A DNA stretch of 64,000 nucleotides from Azolla caroliniana. Taxonomy: Eukaryota > Plantae > Polypodiophyta. The notes below the pieces were generated by a model that was given only the letters and a program-made list of their open reading frames with translations, was not told the DNA's origin and ran no database searches. Location of the stretch: assembly GCA_043228905.1 (NCBI GenBank), contig JBHGNT010000008.1:19654001-19718000 (forward strand). The letters run 5' to 3'. How positions within the stretch are numbered: position 1 is the stretch's first letter; each line of letters starts with the position of its first letter. Positions 35,438-47,700 of the stretch are shown here, in pieces. A program made the position numbers and the translations under genes.

Positions 35438-37434
35438 TCGCCAACAACATCCAAAGACGCGTCATCGAGCTTCAAGAAGGTAAGACAACATGGTCTGAGT
35501 TTGAGAAAGCAATATTAGTGGAGTTCGTGACTGAAGACTCAATGAGGATGACTCGACATGCCTTGATGAAGTGGATAGAAAAGAAGAATAAGAAGATGAG
35601 CGCCTCGAGGGTGTACGACGAATTCGACCAGATGTTTAGTTGTCTCCCCAACACGGATCAAGTGCTGCTTGAAGAGGACAAGACTTTGTACTTCTTGAAA
35701 GCCGTGGACATGAAGGATAGACGAGAATTGGGGACTCTTCTCGAAGACGATACCCAAGCAAATGGGCTTGTGGCGGACTGGGTTGCGGTGAAGCGAGCAT
35801 GTAGTAGGCTCGACAAGCGTCGTCAGTGGATTGATGACACCGACTTGAAGGGAATGACTGTTGCGGAGAAAACAAGACAACCGAAAGTAGTTGAGCCGCC
35901 CAAACAAAGCAGCCCAAAAGAAAAGAAGATTGATGACAACATCATTGAAGAACCAGCGAAGAAGTTTGAGATGGTTACGCTAGGCAACATGAATTGTTGG
36001 GGCCCCAAAGGAAAAGAACCCTTTAGATGCGTGTGGTGTGATGGCATGGACCACATGAGAAGAGATTGTTCGAGCCTTCGAGACGCCATTTGACAAAATA
36101 TCATGTACATAGATGACAACATGATCTGCTCGAGCAAGACTAGAAGACCCCTACGGGTGAATTTCGGAAGAGGAGGAATGAAGAAAGCTATGGAGGATGA
36201 CGATGCGACTCATGTGGATGCGATGCACTATGCTGCGTCGGCCGGAATAAGTGTCGGGAAAGACAAGATTGAAGCTGCTAGAGCGGGAGCAAAGTTTTGG
36301 ACTTCCGTTCTCGAATATGAGAAGAAAGGAAAAGTCACTTCGAATGAAGTAGAGCTTGCGGATCGAAGTGTACAAATTATAACTGGATGGTTGGATCCGG
36401 TGGATGAAAACACCATACTCGCGGAGGTGATGTGCGACAACCACGAGGTGTTCGTCGAAGAAAAGAGAAAAAGAATAGAAGAGCAAGGCCCATCAAAAAG
36501 ACATGAAACAAGGAACGCGAAAAAGAAGGAAGATGCGGAGACAAGTCAAGCTTTACAAATGAAGGAACGAGAATCAAGCCGAAAAGGAGAGCCGAGCATA
36601 CAAGTCGAAGAAACCGTACGACCCATGAAGAGTGGTGTCAAAGACCCCACTCGGAGGACAAGGGCTATGCCTACCTATAAGCTAAGGTCGGACATAGAGC
36701 TGATGACGAACCTAAAGAAAATTCTCAAAGAACGTGTTCTTGATAGCCACGTGACTTTGTCCTTGAGGGAATTGCTTGGCATTACGAAGGAGTTCCATGA
36801 CACGATCGTGGACCTTGTAAAGAGAAAAAGACAATAATCGGACGAGGAAGAAGAGAAGCCACAAAAAGCAAAAACGAATGCCATAACGATGGCAAGAGAC
36901 GAAGTCGATGAAGATATGGTGGACAGCCACTATACTCGACCTCATTGGGCACGAGCGACAATGGAGACGCCGGTGAAGATTGGGGAGAAGAAAGAGACCA
37001 TGGTAGCCTTCATCGACCACGGCTCAGAGATCAACCTCATGTCAACCGACTTCTACAAAAAAGGAAGATGGCCAATCAATACAAATCACGGATGGAAGAT
37101 TTGCGCGACAACAAAGACCACGGAGGACTTGTATGGAGCTTGTCCCAATGTTAAAGTCATGATTGGGGATGTGGAGATGGATCAACGCTTCTTCGTGCAA
37201 GAATCAGCGTCACATCCTGTCATCCTAGGACAACCGTACATCACATCATCTCGGATGGAGACCAAAGTGTTCGATAATGGAGCAACCTTCCCACGAATAA
37301 AGAGTCTTGACAACCAAAGATCGGTCCAATTCCTAACGGTGCGAGCGAATCATGAAAGGAATCGAGATAGTCTTGGAGGCGAATCCCTGGATTTTCAGAG
37401 CGGACTATTGAAGCATGGGGCACAAATAGTCTGA
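35438..37434 (+). pseudogene. gag: Gypsy-C gag and aspartic protease (gag starts at about 29920, before Copia-5)
   Basis: Zinc knuckle CVWCDGMDHMRRDC; protease FIDHGSEINLM and VILGQPY; same frame with two premature stops. Confidence 0.88.
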
Positions 37435-37472
37435 GCAATCACAAGTCCCCACAAGAAAGTAGAGCACGTGGA

Positions 37473-40400
37473 TTGCGAGGAGAAGCAACATGTGTCACAC
37501 CTAGTAGCGCATGTAAACTAGTACTACCCGACAAGAAGGTCAAGCATCGGATACAAAACTTCGAGAAGATGCTGAAAGAAGAAATCATAATAGAAGAAGA
37601 AGAGTTCGTGACTCACATTATGGAAGAAGCCTCATTTAATGACACCATCGGCAAAATCGAGGATGTCGTGGACTTGAGTTATCTTCACAATCATCACGTG
37701 ATTTCGGTTAGCTCCATCAACATGTACGTTATCATCGATGAATATCATCGAAGCATCTTGATGAAGGAAGCTCACGTCAACACAAAATATAAAACGGTGG
37801 ATAAGAAGGTCAAGCCAGTTGCAGTTCCACTACTGGAAGATAGCTGGCAAAAGATGAAGGAAGTAGCTAACGATCCAAGCTTAAGAGATCCAAAGACAAT
37901 AGGTCATGTCTTCACCAAAGAGACAAAGGGAAACCTACGAGTTGGAAGGGAGGATTTCCTTCTCCCTGAAGAGGAGCGAATGTTTCACGACATGCTTGAG
38001 AGACATGGGAAGGCTTTCGCATTTTTCCCACGAGAAATCGGATGTGCTGATCCAAGGACGATAGAACCAATGGTGATCTTCACGGTGCTACATGTGCCTT
38101 CGAATTTGAAACTGATATTGGTTCCGAGAGCACACCTACCGAAGCTGATCGAGCTCTTAAAGGAGAAGGTGAATATGGGAATTCTAGAACCGTTGAATGC
38201 TCCTTATTCCAATAGGTGGTTCACGGTGCCAAAGAAGAATGGATCATTGCGATTCATCCAAGATCTTCAACTCGTCAACAAGGTGACAATTCGAAATGCC
38301 GAAATCGGTCCGAGCGTGGACGAATATGTCGAGGCGTTTGCGGGCCGGTCCATCTACTCCATTGGCGATCTCTACTCCAGATATGACCAATTCCAATTGG
38401 CGATCGACGGTCGTGACATTATAACCATGAGGACTCCGATCGGGCTTGTGCGGATGTGTACCTTACCTCAAGGCACAACGAACTCAGTGGCTCATATGGT
38501 GAATGCCATGAACAAAGTCTTGAAGGATTGTATCCCGAACATCACGATGCCATTCTTGGATGATATTCCGATAAAAGGATGTTTGGATGAGGAGAAAGAT
38601 GAATCGAAAGATAAGGAAGGGTCTAGAAAGTTCGTCGCGGATCATATGAAAGATTGTGACAAGGTGCTTCAAAGGCTTGAAGATGCGAATTTGACATTTT
38701 CGGGAGAAAAATCCGCATTCGGGCAACCAGAGATCTTGGTGGTAGGTCACTTGTGTGGAGCATACGGTCGGAAGCCTTCACCATCCAAAGTGAACGCGAT
38801 CCAAGACATGAAAGAAGAATGTGAAAACCAAACAGAGGTTCGAAGGTTCCTTGGAGCATGCGCGTTTTATCATATCTGGATTCCTCACTACGATCATGTC
38901 ACCAAACCGTTATATGGACTACTAAAGAAAAGAATGAAGTTTGAATGGCAAAGCGAGCATACAAACGCGATGCGAAGATTGAAGAAACTACTTCTTGAAG
39001 CTCCAACACTAAGAAAGGCCAACTATATCGAAAGGAAGCCGATTTATGTGACTGTAGATACGAGCCCAACCGGAATCAGGTGGGTCATCAACCAAGAAGG
39101 AGAAGATAACGCACAATATGCCATCTGGTTCGGAGCAAAGGTTCTCAGCGAATGGCAACAAAAATACGCCCAAGTCAAGCGGGAACTTTGGGGTATTGTG
39201 TCGGTAGTGAAGACGGACAAAGATTGCCTGATTGGGATGGAAGTGATAATTGAGATAGATTGTCTCCCAATCCTCGGAATGATCTCGGGATGTGCGACCC
39301 CAGATCTAGCTATGCTAAGGTGGATCGCCTATATCAAGTCTTTAAACCTAGAGATCCGTCACATTGCAAAGAAGAAGAACGCCATGACTGATATGCTGTC
39401 AAGGGCAAGATTTGAAAGTGAAAGTGAGATGGTTTTGGAAGATGAAGACGTCACCCTCGACTTCTTCAAGATGGCTCAATTATTAGCGGAAGACAAGGAC
39501 ACGCTAACCCTCCACGCCTTCAACGAGGACGAGTACGAAGGAGAGTGGTTACTGATCGGCAGATTCTTAAGAACAATGACAACGGATGCTTCGTTGACAA
39601 AGGAGGAGGCTCTACGAATCCGGAAGAAAGTTTATCGATACTTCTTGAAGGGAGGCTTCCTTTGGCGATACCCAAAAAGAAGGACGGGAATACCATACTG
39701 AGTGGTGGTGAAGAAAGAAGAGCAAGTGACACTGATGACTGAATTCCACGAGAGTACTTGGGCAGGTCATAGAGGAACATGGGCGATGTTTGAAAAGTTG
39801 AAGGAAAAGTACTAGTGGCCATGCATGTACAAAGATGTACTCCATTTCGTGTCCACATGCGAAACTTGCCAAGTACATTCCAACATACGTCATCGTGATG
39901 AGCTACGACCGACATACCCAGTCACCATACACTTCAAATGGATGGTTGATCTGGTCTCGATGCCAATGGGAGTGGGACAAATGAAGTACTTAATGTTGGC
40001 AAGAGAAGACTTGACAAATCAAGTGGAAGGGCGGGCCTTGACAAATAAGACGACGTCAACTGTTTGCAAATTTCTACTTGAAGAGGTTGTTTGCCGATAC
40101 GGATATGTGGGGAAGATAGTCGCCAACCGAGGGGAGTTGGACGCACACGAAGCAACAGAGCTTTTCGAACGACTAGGCGTGAAGCTCTCCCTCACGATTG
40201 CCTACAATCCAGAAGCGGATGGGAAGATCGAGCGAGGGCATGGACCCATCATCAAAGCCATCGTACAAGCATGCAACGGTTGAGTCGGGAATTGACCATG
40301 ACTATTGCCCTATGCCTTGTGGGCTGATAGAATGACACATAGCTCGGTGAGAGGGTATATGCCAATGGAGCTTATGTATGGACAAAAGCCAGTGATGCCC

Positions 40401-40859
40401 ATCGAAAGGATGATCGCCTCATGGGTAGCGATACCATGGGAGAACGAGAGGAGCCGAGAAGAATTATTAGTAGCACGGATAAGGCAACTTGAAAGGAGAC
40501 CTGAAGATCTAGAACATGTGCGAAAAATGATGGAGCCAGCCCGAGTGAAGAACAAAATTCGGTTCGACAAGACGCATCGATTACATCCTAAGAGGATCGA
40601 AGAAGGAGATTGGGTATTGCTCTCCGACAACAGCCTTGACAATCAACACAGTACAACAAGAAAGTTCGCAAGAAGATGGTTTGGACCGTATGTGGTGATA
40701 AGTGCCAACGACAATGTCACATACCACCTTGCGGAGCTAGATGGATCAAGGTTGCCCATACCCATTGCGGGAAAAAGAGTAAAGGTTTTCAAGAAAAGAC
40801 AAGACGAGGATACTGACCTCGATCACCTCGACGATGAAGATGTAGAGGAATCTGATTGA
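37473..40859 (+). pseudogene. pol: Gypsy-C pol (RT, RNase H, integrase)
   Basis: LRFIQDLQ, PFLDDIPIKG, RRFLGAC, VDTSPTG, integrase HFKWMVDL..YNPEADGKIERGHG..RWFGPY; in-frame stops at about 39699, 39814 and 40281. Confidence 0.93.
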
Positions 40860-41444
40860 TCACTGTAGCCGAAATCTCACACTCTCTCTTCTTGGCACGT
40901 ACCAAAGGACGTGCAGTTTGGTGGGGGTGGATGTCATGAAGATTTTCGGCGATAGTGTGGAAATTGTAAGGAACATTTGAAATTGAGTGTGGCTCTTCTC
41001 ACGAGAAAAACAAAACAATAATAGTGAAGATAATATGTTGAATAAGTTTAATATCTAGGTACAAAAGGATGGAGCTCTTCAACAACTTTCCATTGTGCTT
41101 TACCACATAAAAAACGGACATCTAAGTGACAAGTTATGTGGGAGTGAAGTATAAGAAGGAAGAAGAGAAAAATAAAACTGTGATGTATCCCACATACACA
41201 GGACAAACAAGAACCCTACAATATATAAAGTAGAGCAAAAGCTATTATCTTTGTGTTTATGTGTGGAGCATAGAGAGGTCAAGGTGACTTGAACAAAGTT
41301 AATATGATTAGTGAGTGTGGCCTAGAAACAAGGTTTTTGCCAACCGGCGACGGAGCCGGCAACCGGCGACTGGCGGCATCCGACGACCGGATAGATATAT
41401 AAATTAATAAATAAATATATCTATACATATATATATATACACAA

Positions 41445-41520
41445 GGAGTTCAAGTGTGGATTTGAACCTTGCACCTCCATGTTGAGAGTCTATAGGCTTA
41501 CCACTAAGCCAAGACATTTT
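41445..41520 (-). other. Degenerate tRNA-like / SINE-head sequence in Gypsy-C 3' LTR
   Basis: Second copy with the same A-box (41501-41511) and B-box (41458-41468). Confidence 0.7.
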
Positions 41521-41935
41521 CATGCAATAATATTTTTGTCATTATAGTTTTACATGTAAATTCTCATAAATGAGACCTTAAAAGAGTGATGTGGTTATCA
41601 TGCACCACATGTAATACGTGAGCGTCAAATGGCAAACATGCATTTTATGCATGTCTTGTACCCTCAAATGCATGAGGGCATCTATAAAAGAGGGGAGGAA
41701 AAAGATGAAAGGACTAATGTAAAAATTTTGGATGATCAAATAAGAAACTTGTAATCCAATTGATGATATATCTTATTCTTCAAATTTAAAGTCAAGAGTT
41801 CAATCTCAATCTCTCTCTCTTTCAATCTATCTTAAATACTTTCTCGCTAAAGCTTGTGCAACTTCGAATCATTCCGGTCCAGAACCCTGACGGTTCCGCC
41901 TCACAATCCACATGTAGTGACGGATCTTCACGACA

Positions 41936-44351
41936 TTACTCACCCAACACCGCGACGTTAAGCAAGAAGTTCTATCACCACACGAGTACCATGATCTTTC
42001 CTTGCCCACCATCGCATCCAAAATGGCCTTCTCCTACCAACACTTTAATGGCAAAGCAGGCGCCGCAAGCCACATCTGGCTATTCTTTAACGTTTGGAAC
42101 GCGAATCACATGGCACAGCGATTTCCAAAAGAGGAAGCGCACCAGTAAAAAATGAAAGAGTTTGGTTTAACTCTGGATGGTAGAGCCGTGTTTTGGCATT
42201 CACAAATGGATCTACCAGCAATCCACACCTTCGACCAATTGCAGTCAGTATTTCTGCGATTTTTTCATCGGAGGGTACCTCAACGCGAAATCATCTGGCA
42301 GTTCTACACGATCAAGAAGCTGCCAGCAGAATCGGTCGCGGACTTTAGCTTATGCTTCCAATGTCTACGAAGGAAATTAGAGCGGGCCCCGACATATGAT
42401 GAGGCTAGGGAAACGTCTGCGACAGCCCTACGTCGACCAAAAAGGACGACGCTCAACACACGTAGTGTGAAAGGGGAAACAACCGACATGGTCATCGAGC
42501 GAGCATTGCAGCTTGAGTTGGACGAAGAGGAGGAAGGATTTTCTCTGTCCGCATTACAATAGGCGTTGCCTCAGGACGAGGAACACCACTTTCATCAGGC
42601 TATTCAGTGCACGATTTGCCTCGGGACAAGGATCGCCACTTTTGTCAAGCTATTCAGTGCACGATTTGCCTCAATTCCGGGCATTCCGTGGTGGAATGCA
42701 ATATGTGAATTCACTGCCCAATTTGTCACTCAAAGGCACACACGGTCGAGCAATGTGAGGACAATATGCTGAACAGACCTATGCCCACAGTACGACGCGT
42801 AGAACCACAACAACCACATCGTTGAAATGATCCAAGGCGCCAAGAGGAACGACCGTGATATACGGATCGAAATCCACGCGATGACCGGCATTACCGCAAT
42901 CGCCGGAATAACAACGATTCTAATGAAGACGAGCCGGAGGACGAAGAAAATCAGGGCAACCACCAGTATAATAAAGGAGGACATCGTTACGAAAACCACC
43001 GTTCGACGAATAGGCGTGGTGGATTCAATGGGCCGCGCTCACAAGGAAAGCATCGACAATATAGGGACCAACAACGTTACGACGAAAGTTCAGAGGATGA
43101 CCGGCGCCAGTAGTCACGCAGGGACCAACCGCAAACACCCCAAAATTCCTGGAGAATGCAACAAGACCAGGAGGAGCCAGCGACGCTTGGGAATAGGAAT
43201 CTGCCACCAAATATGACGCGTATGCGGCAGGAGTCCGCAACCAATGTTGGGCCGCTAAAAGAAAACATCATATCCCTGAACCCCATATGGCAAGCATTGG
43301 TAGGGCTGCGAAATAACCATAAGTAGGGAAAAACTCCTTCGACTAGTTCCACGATTTCAGCAAGCCATCAAAGATCGCATAACAGGCAGGCCTAATATAA
43401 ACATGTCAACAAATTTTGCTGAAACTAGCACCGGACCAACGGTGGTGGATCACCACAATCTAGCCATTAAGCTAGTACTACACGGGATGGAAAGCACAAG
43501 TTGTATAATCGACGGGGGCTCGGGCGTTAATGTGATTAGTGCAAAGACGTGTGAATAGTGAGGAATTTCGGAATGGGAAGCTTGCCCCTTTTGGCTTCGC
43601 ATGGCGGATACCTGATCTGTCAGGCCCTTAGTAGTAGTACTCGCATCATCATTGGCGGTCACCACTTTGACATCTCAGTAGTAGTACTCGCACTCGACGC
43701 TCCGGGAGCGTACCCAATACTACTTGGCAGACCTTGGCTTCATTCGGGAAACATCAAACAGAGTTGGCAACCTAATTGTATCAGTTTCCAACGAGGACGC
43801 AACAAACTTCGCGTACCCACAAAAGAAATGATAGCGCAACCCAAAGGAATGACACCATTGTATGCAGCAAACATAAATATGCTGGAAGGAGTGGATGATA
43901 CAGGGTTGGAAGCGTACCTAGATGAGCACTCGTGAATCATCTCGCTATTCGAAATTGACCTAATAGAAACCGCAGCAGAGTACGTGACTCCCACTACACT
44001 TCACGAAGAGGCTTATGAACCAGACCCAAAGTCGATAATGAAATTAAACCGAGCACGGGCTGCATTCGAGAAAGAAATGGAAATTTCACGACAAGTCACT
44101 GCCTCAACATTAGAAGAAGTTAATGTAGGAACGATAACAGATCCCCGCTTACTCTCCATCGCGAAAGACTTACTACCGGATGAGAAAGAGGCGATCTTAG
44201 CTCTACTCAAGGAGTATAAAGATGTGTTTGCGTGGTCCCACGAAGACATGAAGGGATTAGATCAAAAATTCTACCAACATAAGATCAATTTAGCTACCGA
44301 TGCGAAACCTGTTAAGCAGCGTAGATACCGAATGAATCTGAACTACGTTGT
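41936..44351 (+). pseudogene. gag-pol: Gypsy-B gag, protease and RT start, degenerate
   Basis: EFGLTLDGRAVFWH homologous to gag of D2 and G; protease CIIDGGSGVNVI and ILLGRPWL; EYKDVFAWS..PVKQRRYRMN. Confidence 0.85.
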
Positions 44352-44796
44352 TGTTACCCGGCCGACAAAGACCAGGGTGTGAAAAGGGGAATTGTTATTT
44401 AGGAATCTGTTGAAATTACTAGTCTTAATATATAGATTAATATATGAGAAGATGTGGACGGACGGACCGGAATCGGTATGCCGATCCGGATCCGGACCGA
44501 TCCCGAAAAGGTGCCGGTTGGCACTGTTTTGTACTTCGCACCGGTGACCTATATAAAGGCCCGATTATAATGTAGTCATTAACAGAGAGTAATATAAACC
44601 TTTTGTTAATCATTGAGTATTGTTCACCGTTCTTTGCTTATTGTATATCTTACGTGTGTTAATGATGTATTGCTAAGTAACCGATTAAGGTCCAATTAAG
44701 CGTTGTGTTGTAAGTTATCTCGTCGTAACACCCTTTGGTGAAGTGTCTTAACTGGACACCCTGTGTTAGGCTGTTGTCCGACCCTAAGGATTAACA
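44352..44796 (+). repeat. D1: isolated (possibly solo) LTR of the D/G family
   Basis: TGTTA..TAACA; matches 51657-51969 and, more distantly, the reverse complement of 62070-62503; flanks GTTGT/ATTGT are ambiguous because element E starts at 44799. Confidence 0.8.
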
Positions 44797-44798
44797 AT

Positions 44799-47700
44799 TG
44801 TCGTGTAGTTCCGCTCACTAAGGCGGGACCGCAAGGGTCTTGGACCGAGGGGTTTAAGAGACCAAAAGGGAGAGAGAGGGATACGCGAGCGTATCGCGGG
44901 CTAGGCCTACTCGTTGCTAACAACGTTACTGGCCGAATAAGACTTGAACGTGTATAGTCTCCGAATCTGATACACGCTCACCGGACAAGGTAGAGGGAAC
45001 TCACGAGAACACAAGAGAGAGAAAACAGAAGTTTGAATTCAATAACTAGCAAGGTTACAATGTATGCAAGATTACAACCGGCAAGCCGGCAATAGACCCA
45101 ACACAGAGAACCCACGCGGACACACGCTACACAGAGAACACATGATGGAGCCTCTGTTGGAAGCACGCAGACTTACACGCAGCAGACGCAACTGGCCCCG
45201 AAATAGAGTGGCGAGCAACGATATAGGAGAGAGCTCGATACCCAGTCTGACAACACCTTATCCACACCAAAACACGATACCTTCTTTTTCTTCTCCCCTC
45301 CCCTTTATAGGTCGCCCAAGAGGCCGTTACATCAAAACATATCAACTTTATTCTCTGTCCCTTCGGACAGAGATACGCCTTTATTTCCTAGCTAATAAAT
45401 ATGTCATACCTAGTATATTTACATCAGCCATCCTATTCCTAGTTATGTACAATTTCTCAATTCGCGCACACTCGTGCAAGGGCGGGTTCACGCCTTTAAT
45501 TCCTTGATTCCTTTTAGGGCCGGTTTTCATCACGACATCCACCCCCACCAAACCGCTGTCGCGGAAATACGACGAGGATACGCGAACTTGAGGTAGGACC
45601 CCGGGGCCTCCGACCAGAGGATAATCACATTCGTGCGTTTATATTTTTAACAATTAACGGAAAGAAGAAATTTAATAATTTTCATTAACAGAGAAAAAGG
45701 AAATTACAATATGTCCCAAGATTGGGATTTAGAAGTTTTACGTTTACTAAGATTAATAGAAAAGAAAAATTAGGAGTTTTTAGAGATATGGCTTCCGTGG
45801 GGAAAATTAAGATTAGGTTATATGAGTATTACGACTTCCATAGGGAGGATTAGGGTTTTTGAGTGTTATGGCTTCCGTAGGGAATTTTATGGTTTATGAG
45901 AGTTATGGCTTCCCTAAGATAAGGGAGCTGAGAAGGAAAAAAGAAAAATAATGGAGAGAGAGTGTGTGTAGTAAAAAAATGGAATATATATGGAGTTCCC
46001 CGTTAGTCATATGCATGTCTACTTTTTATTGCATGGCCTCTACTTTTAGTTGCATAGCTTTTTCTTTTAGTTGCATCTATTTTTAGTTGCATGGCTTTTT
46101 CTTTTAGTTGCATGCGACCCTCCACATGACCTTTACTTTTTGCATGGACTCCAACTTTAGTTGCTTGCGTCCACATGGCCTTTACTTTAGTTCTCTTCAC
46201 TTTACTTTAGTTTGTTGCATGATCCAATCTTCCGTCCGTCTGCGTCCAACCTCGTCCGGTAGCCGGTTCCGCCCGATCGCCGAATCCCTCGTTGGCTCTA
46301 CCGTCGGATCCGGTTTGCTTACTGGCCGGTTTCTAGTTTTGCTTGCCGGCCCAGTTTCCGATTTTGCTTGTCGGCTCGGTTCCGGTTTTGCTTGCCGACC
46401 CGTTTCCGGTTTTGCTTGCTGGCCCGATTCCGGTTTTGCTTGCAGACCCGATTTCCGATTTTGCTTGGCCTACCCGATTTCTGGTTTTTGGGAGCTTAGC
46501 CACCATCATCCATCAAGACAAAGTGGCCAAAGTGCTCTGAACAGAAATGAAAATGAGGGACTCAAGGTGCTTATGTAGCCAGGGCCTTAAGGTTCCTATC
46601 TATGTGGGATAAATAATAGTTCTATTTTCCCTATCTTCTCAAACATCAATCTTCTATAACATGCCATTAAGCTAATATAAAGTACTTATTTTATTATTTA
46701 TTATTATTTTTTACATAGTGTGAGAAGATTCACACGACATTCACCCCCACCAAACCTGCACATCCACCAGTATGTGCCAATTTTTGGTGAGGCTCCATTT
46801 TTTATTAGTTTACTTTTTTCTTGATGTACCCGAATCACCATTGCCATCCAATCCACCATATTCTTCATTCAGTCTTTGCATTTCTATGACCGATTGTCAT
46901 GGCTCTCTTTGCTCCTCTAGAGCATAATGCTTCACTCTTTATGGATGTGCCACCTTCATCTCGGCCATCTCCTTGGTCATCTAAGTTTCTTTTATCATCC
47001 TGTATTGTTCCATGAATGCCTTTCAAAGGCTTTATCGAAATACTATTGTTGAGTACTCTCAGCGATTCGTTCTTTAGCGGCATGCTCTCCTCTAGGTCCT
47101 TAAGTGATCACATCGCATGCTTCCCACTTTGTCCACTTTCTTGGTATACTCTTGTGTTGGAATTGACCATGACTTCTATGCTAGTATTATCCTTGTTAGA
47201 TTTTGTGATCACATCTTTCGTATCCACTTGACCCACTTGGCCCATATCTTTGCTTTTCAAGGTTTGCTTGGTCTCTTTGTCGCACACATTAGCTTTTGTC
47301 TTCGTGCTTTGCTTGACCTATTTGTCGCACGCATGGACTTTCATCATTTTGCTTTGCTTTACTTCCTTGTTGCACACATTGGCTTTAACCCTTGCTTCCT
47401 CGCCGCCATCGTCCTTTGCTTGGGTCTTACATCGATTAATGCCCAAGTTTCTCAAACGAGTGTGGAGGAATTTTGTAGTTTGGCATTGCCTTTGTCGTGC
47501 TACTCTTTGCCACTTCCACCTTATGGTTGTTCATGTTGGCGTTGATCTTTGTTTTCTCACCACCACCTTCCGTCTCTTGGGTCTTACATCGGTTAATGCC
47601 CAAGTCTCAAGAACCTTTGTGGGGAGAGTCTCTTCATCATCATCGTCTACCCTCTTCGGCTTGACGTCTCCCTCTTCTTCACATGTGTTCGCTTCGGCCT

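Larger units (their letters stand above)
28828..41935 (+). mobile_element. Ty3/gypsy Gypsy-C (non-chromovirus, FLDD RT, tRNA-Trp PBS), full-length degenerate, interrupted by Copia-5
   Basis: LTRs 28828-29847 and 40932-41935 (TGTCATGAAG..CTTCAYGACA), PBS 29856-29873, PPT 40916-40931; no TSD seen. Confidence 0.93.

Noticed and set aside
44731-44750. TGGTGAAGTGTC as the PBS of the D/G family
   Set aside because: I cannot match it to a tRNA 3' end, the repeat shared by both G LTRs extends across it, and a better PBS (TGGCGACCAC) follows about 70 nt later.
46003-46578. ORFs in element F LTRs (also 49177-49575)
   Set aside because: Arise from short tandem repeats inside the LTR; duplicated only because the LTR is.
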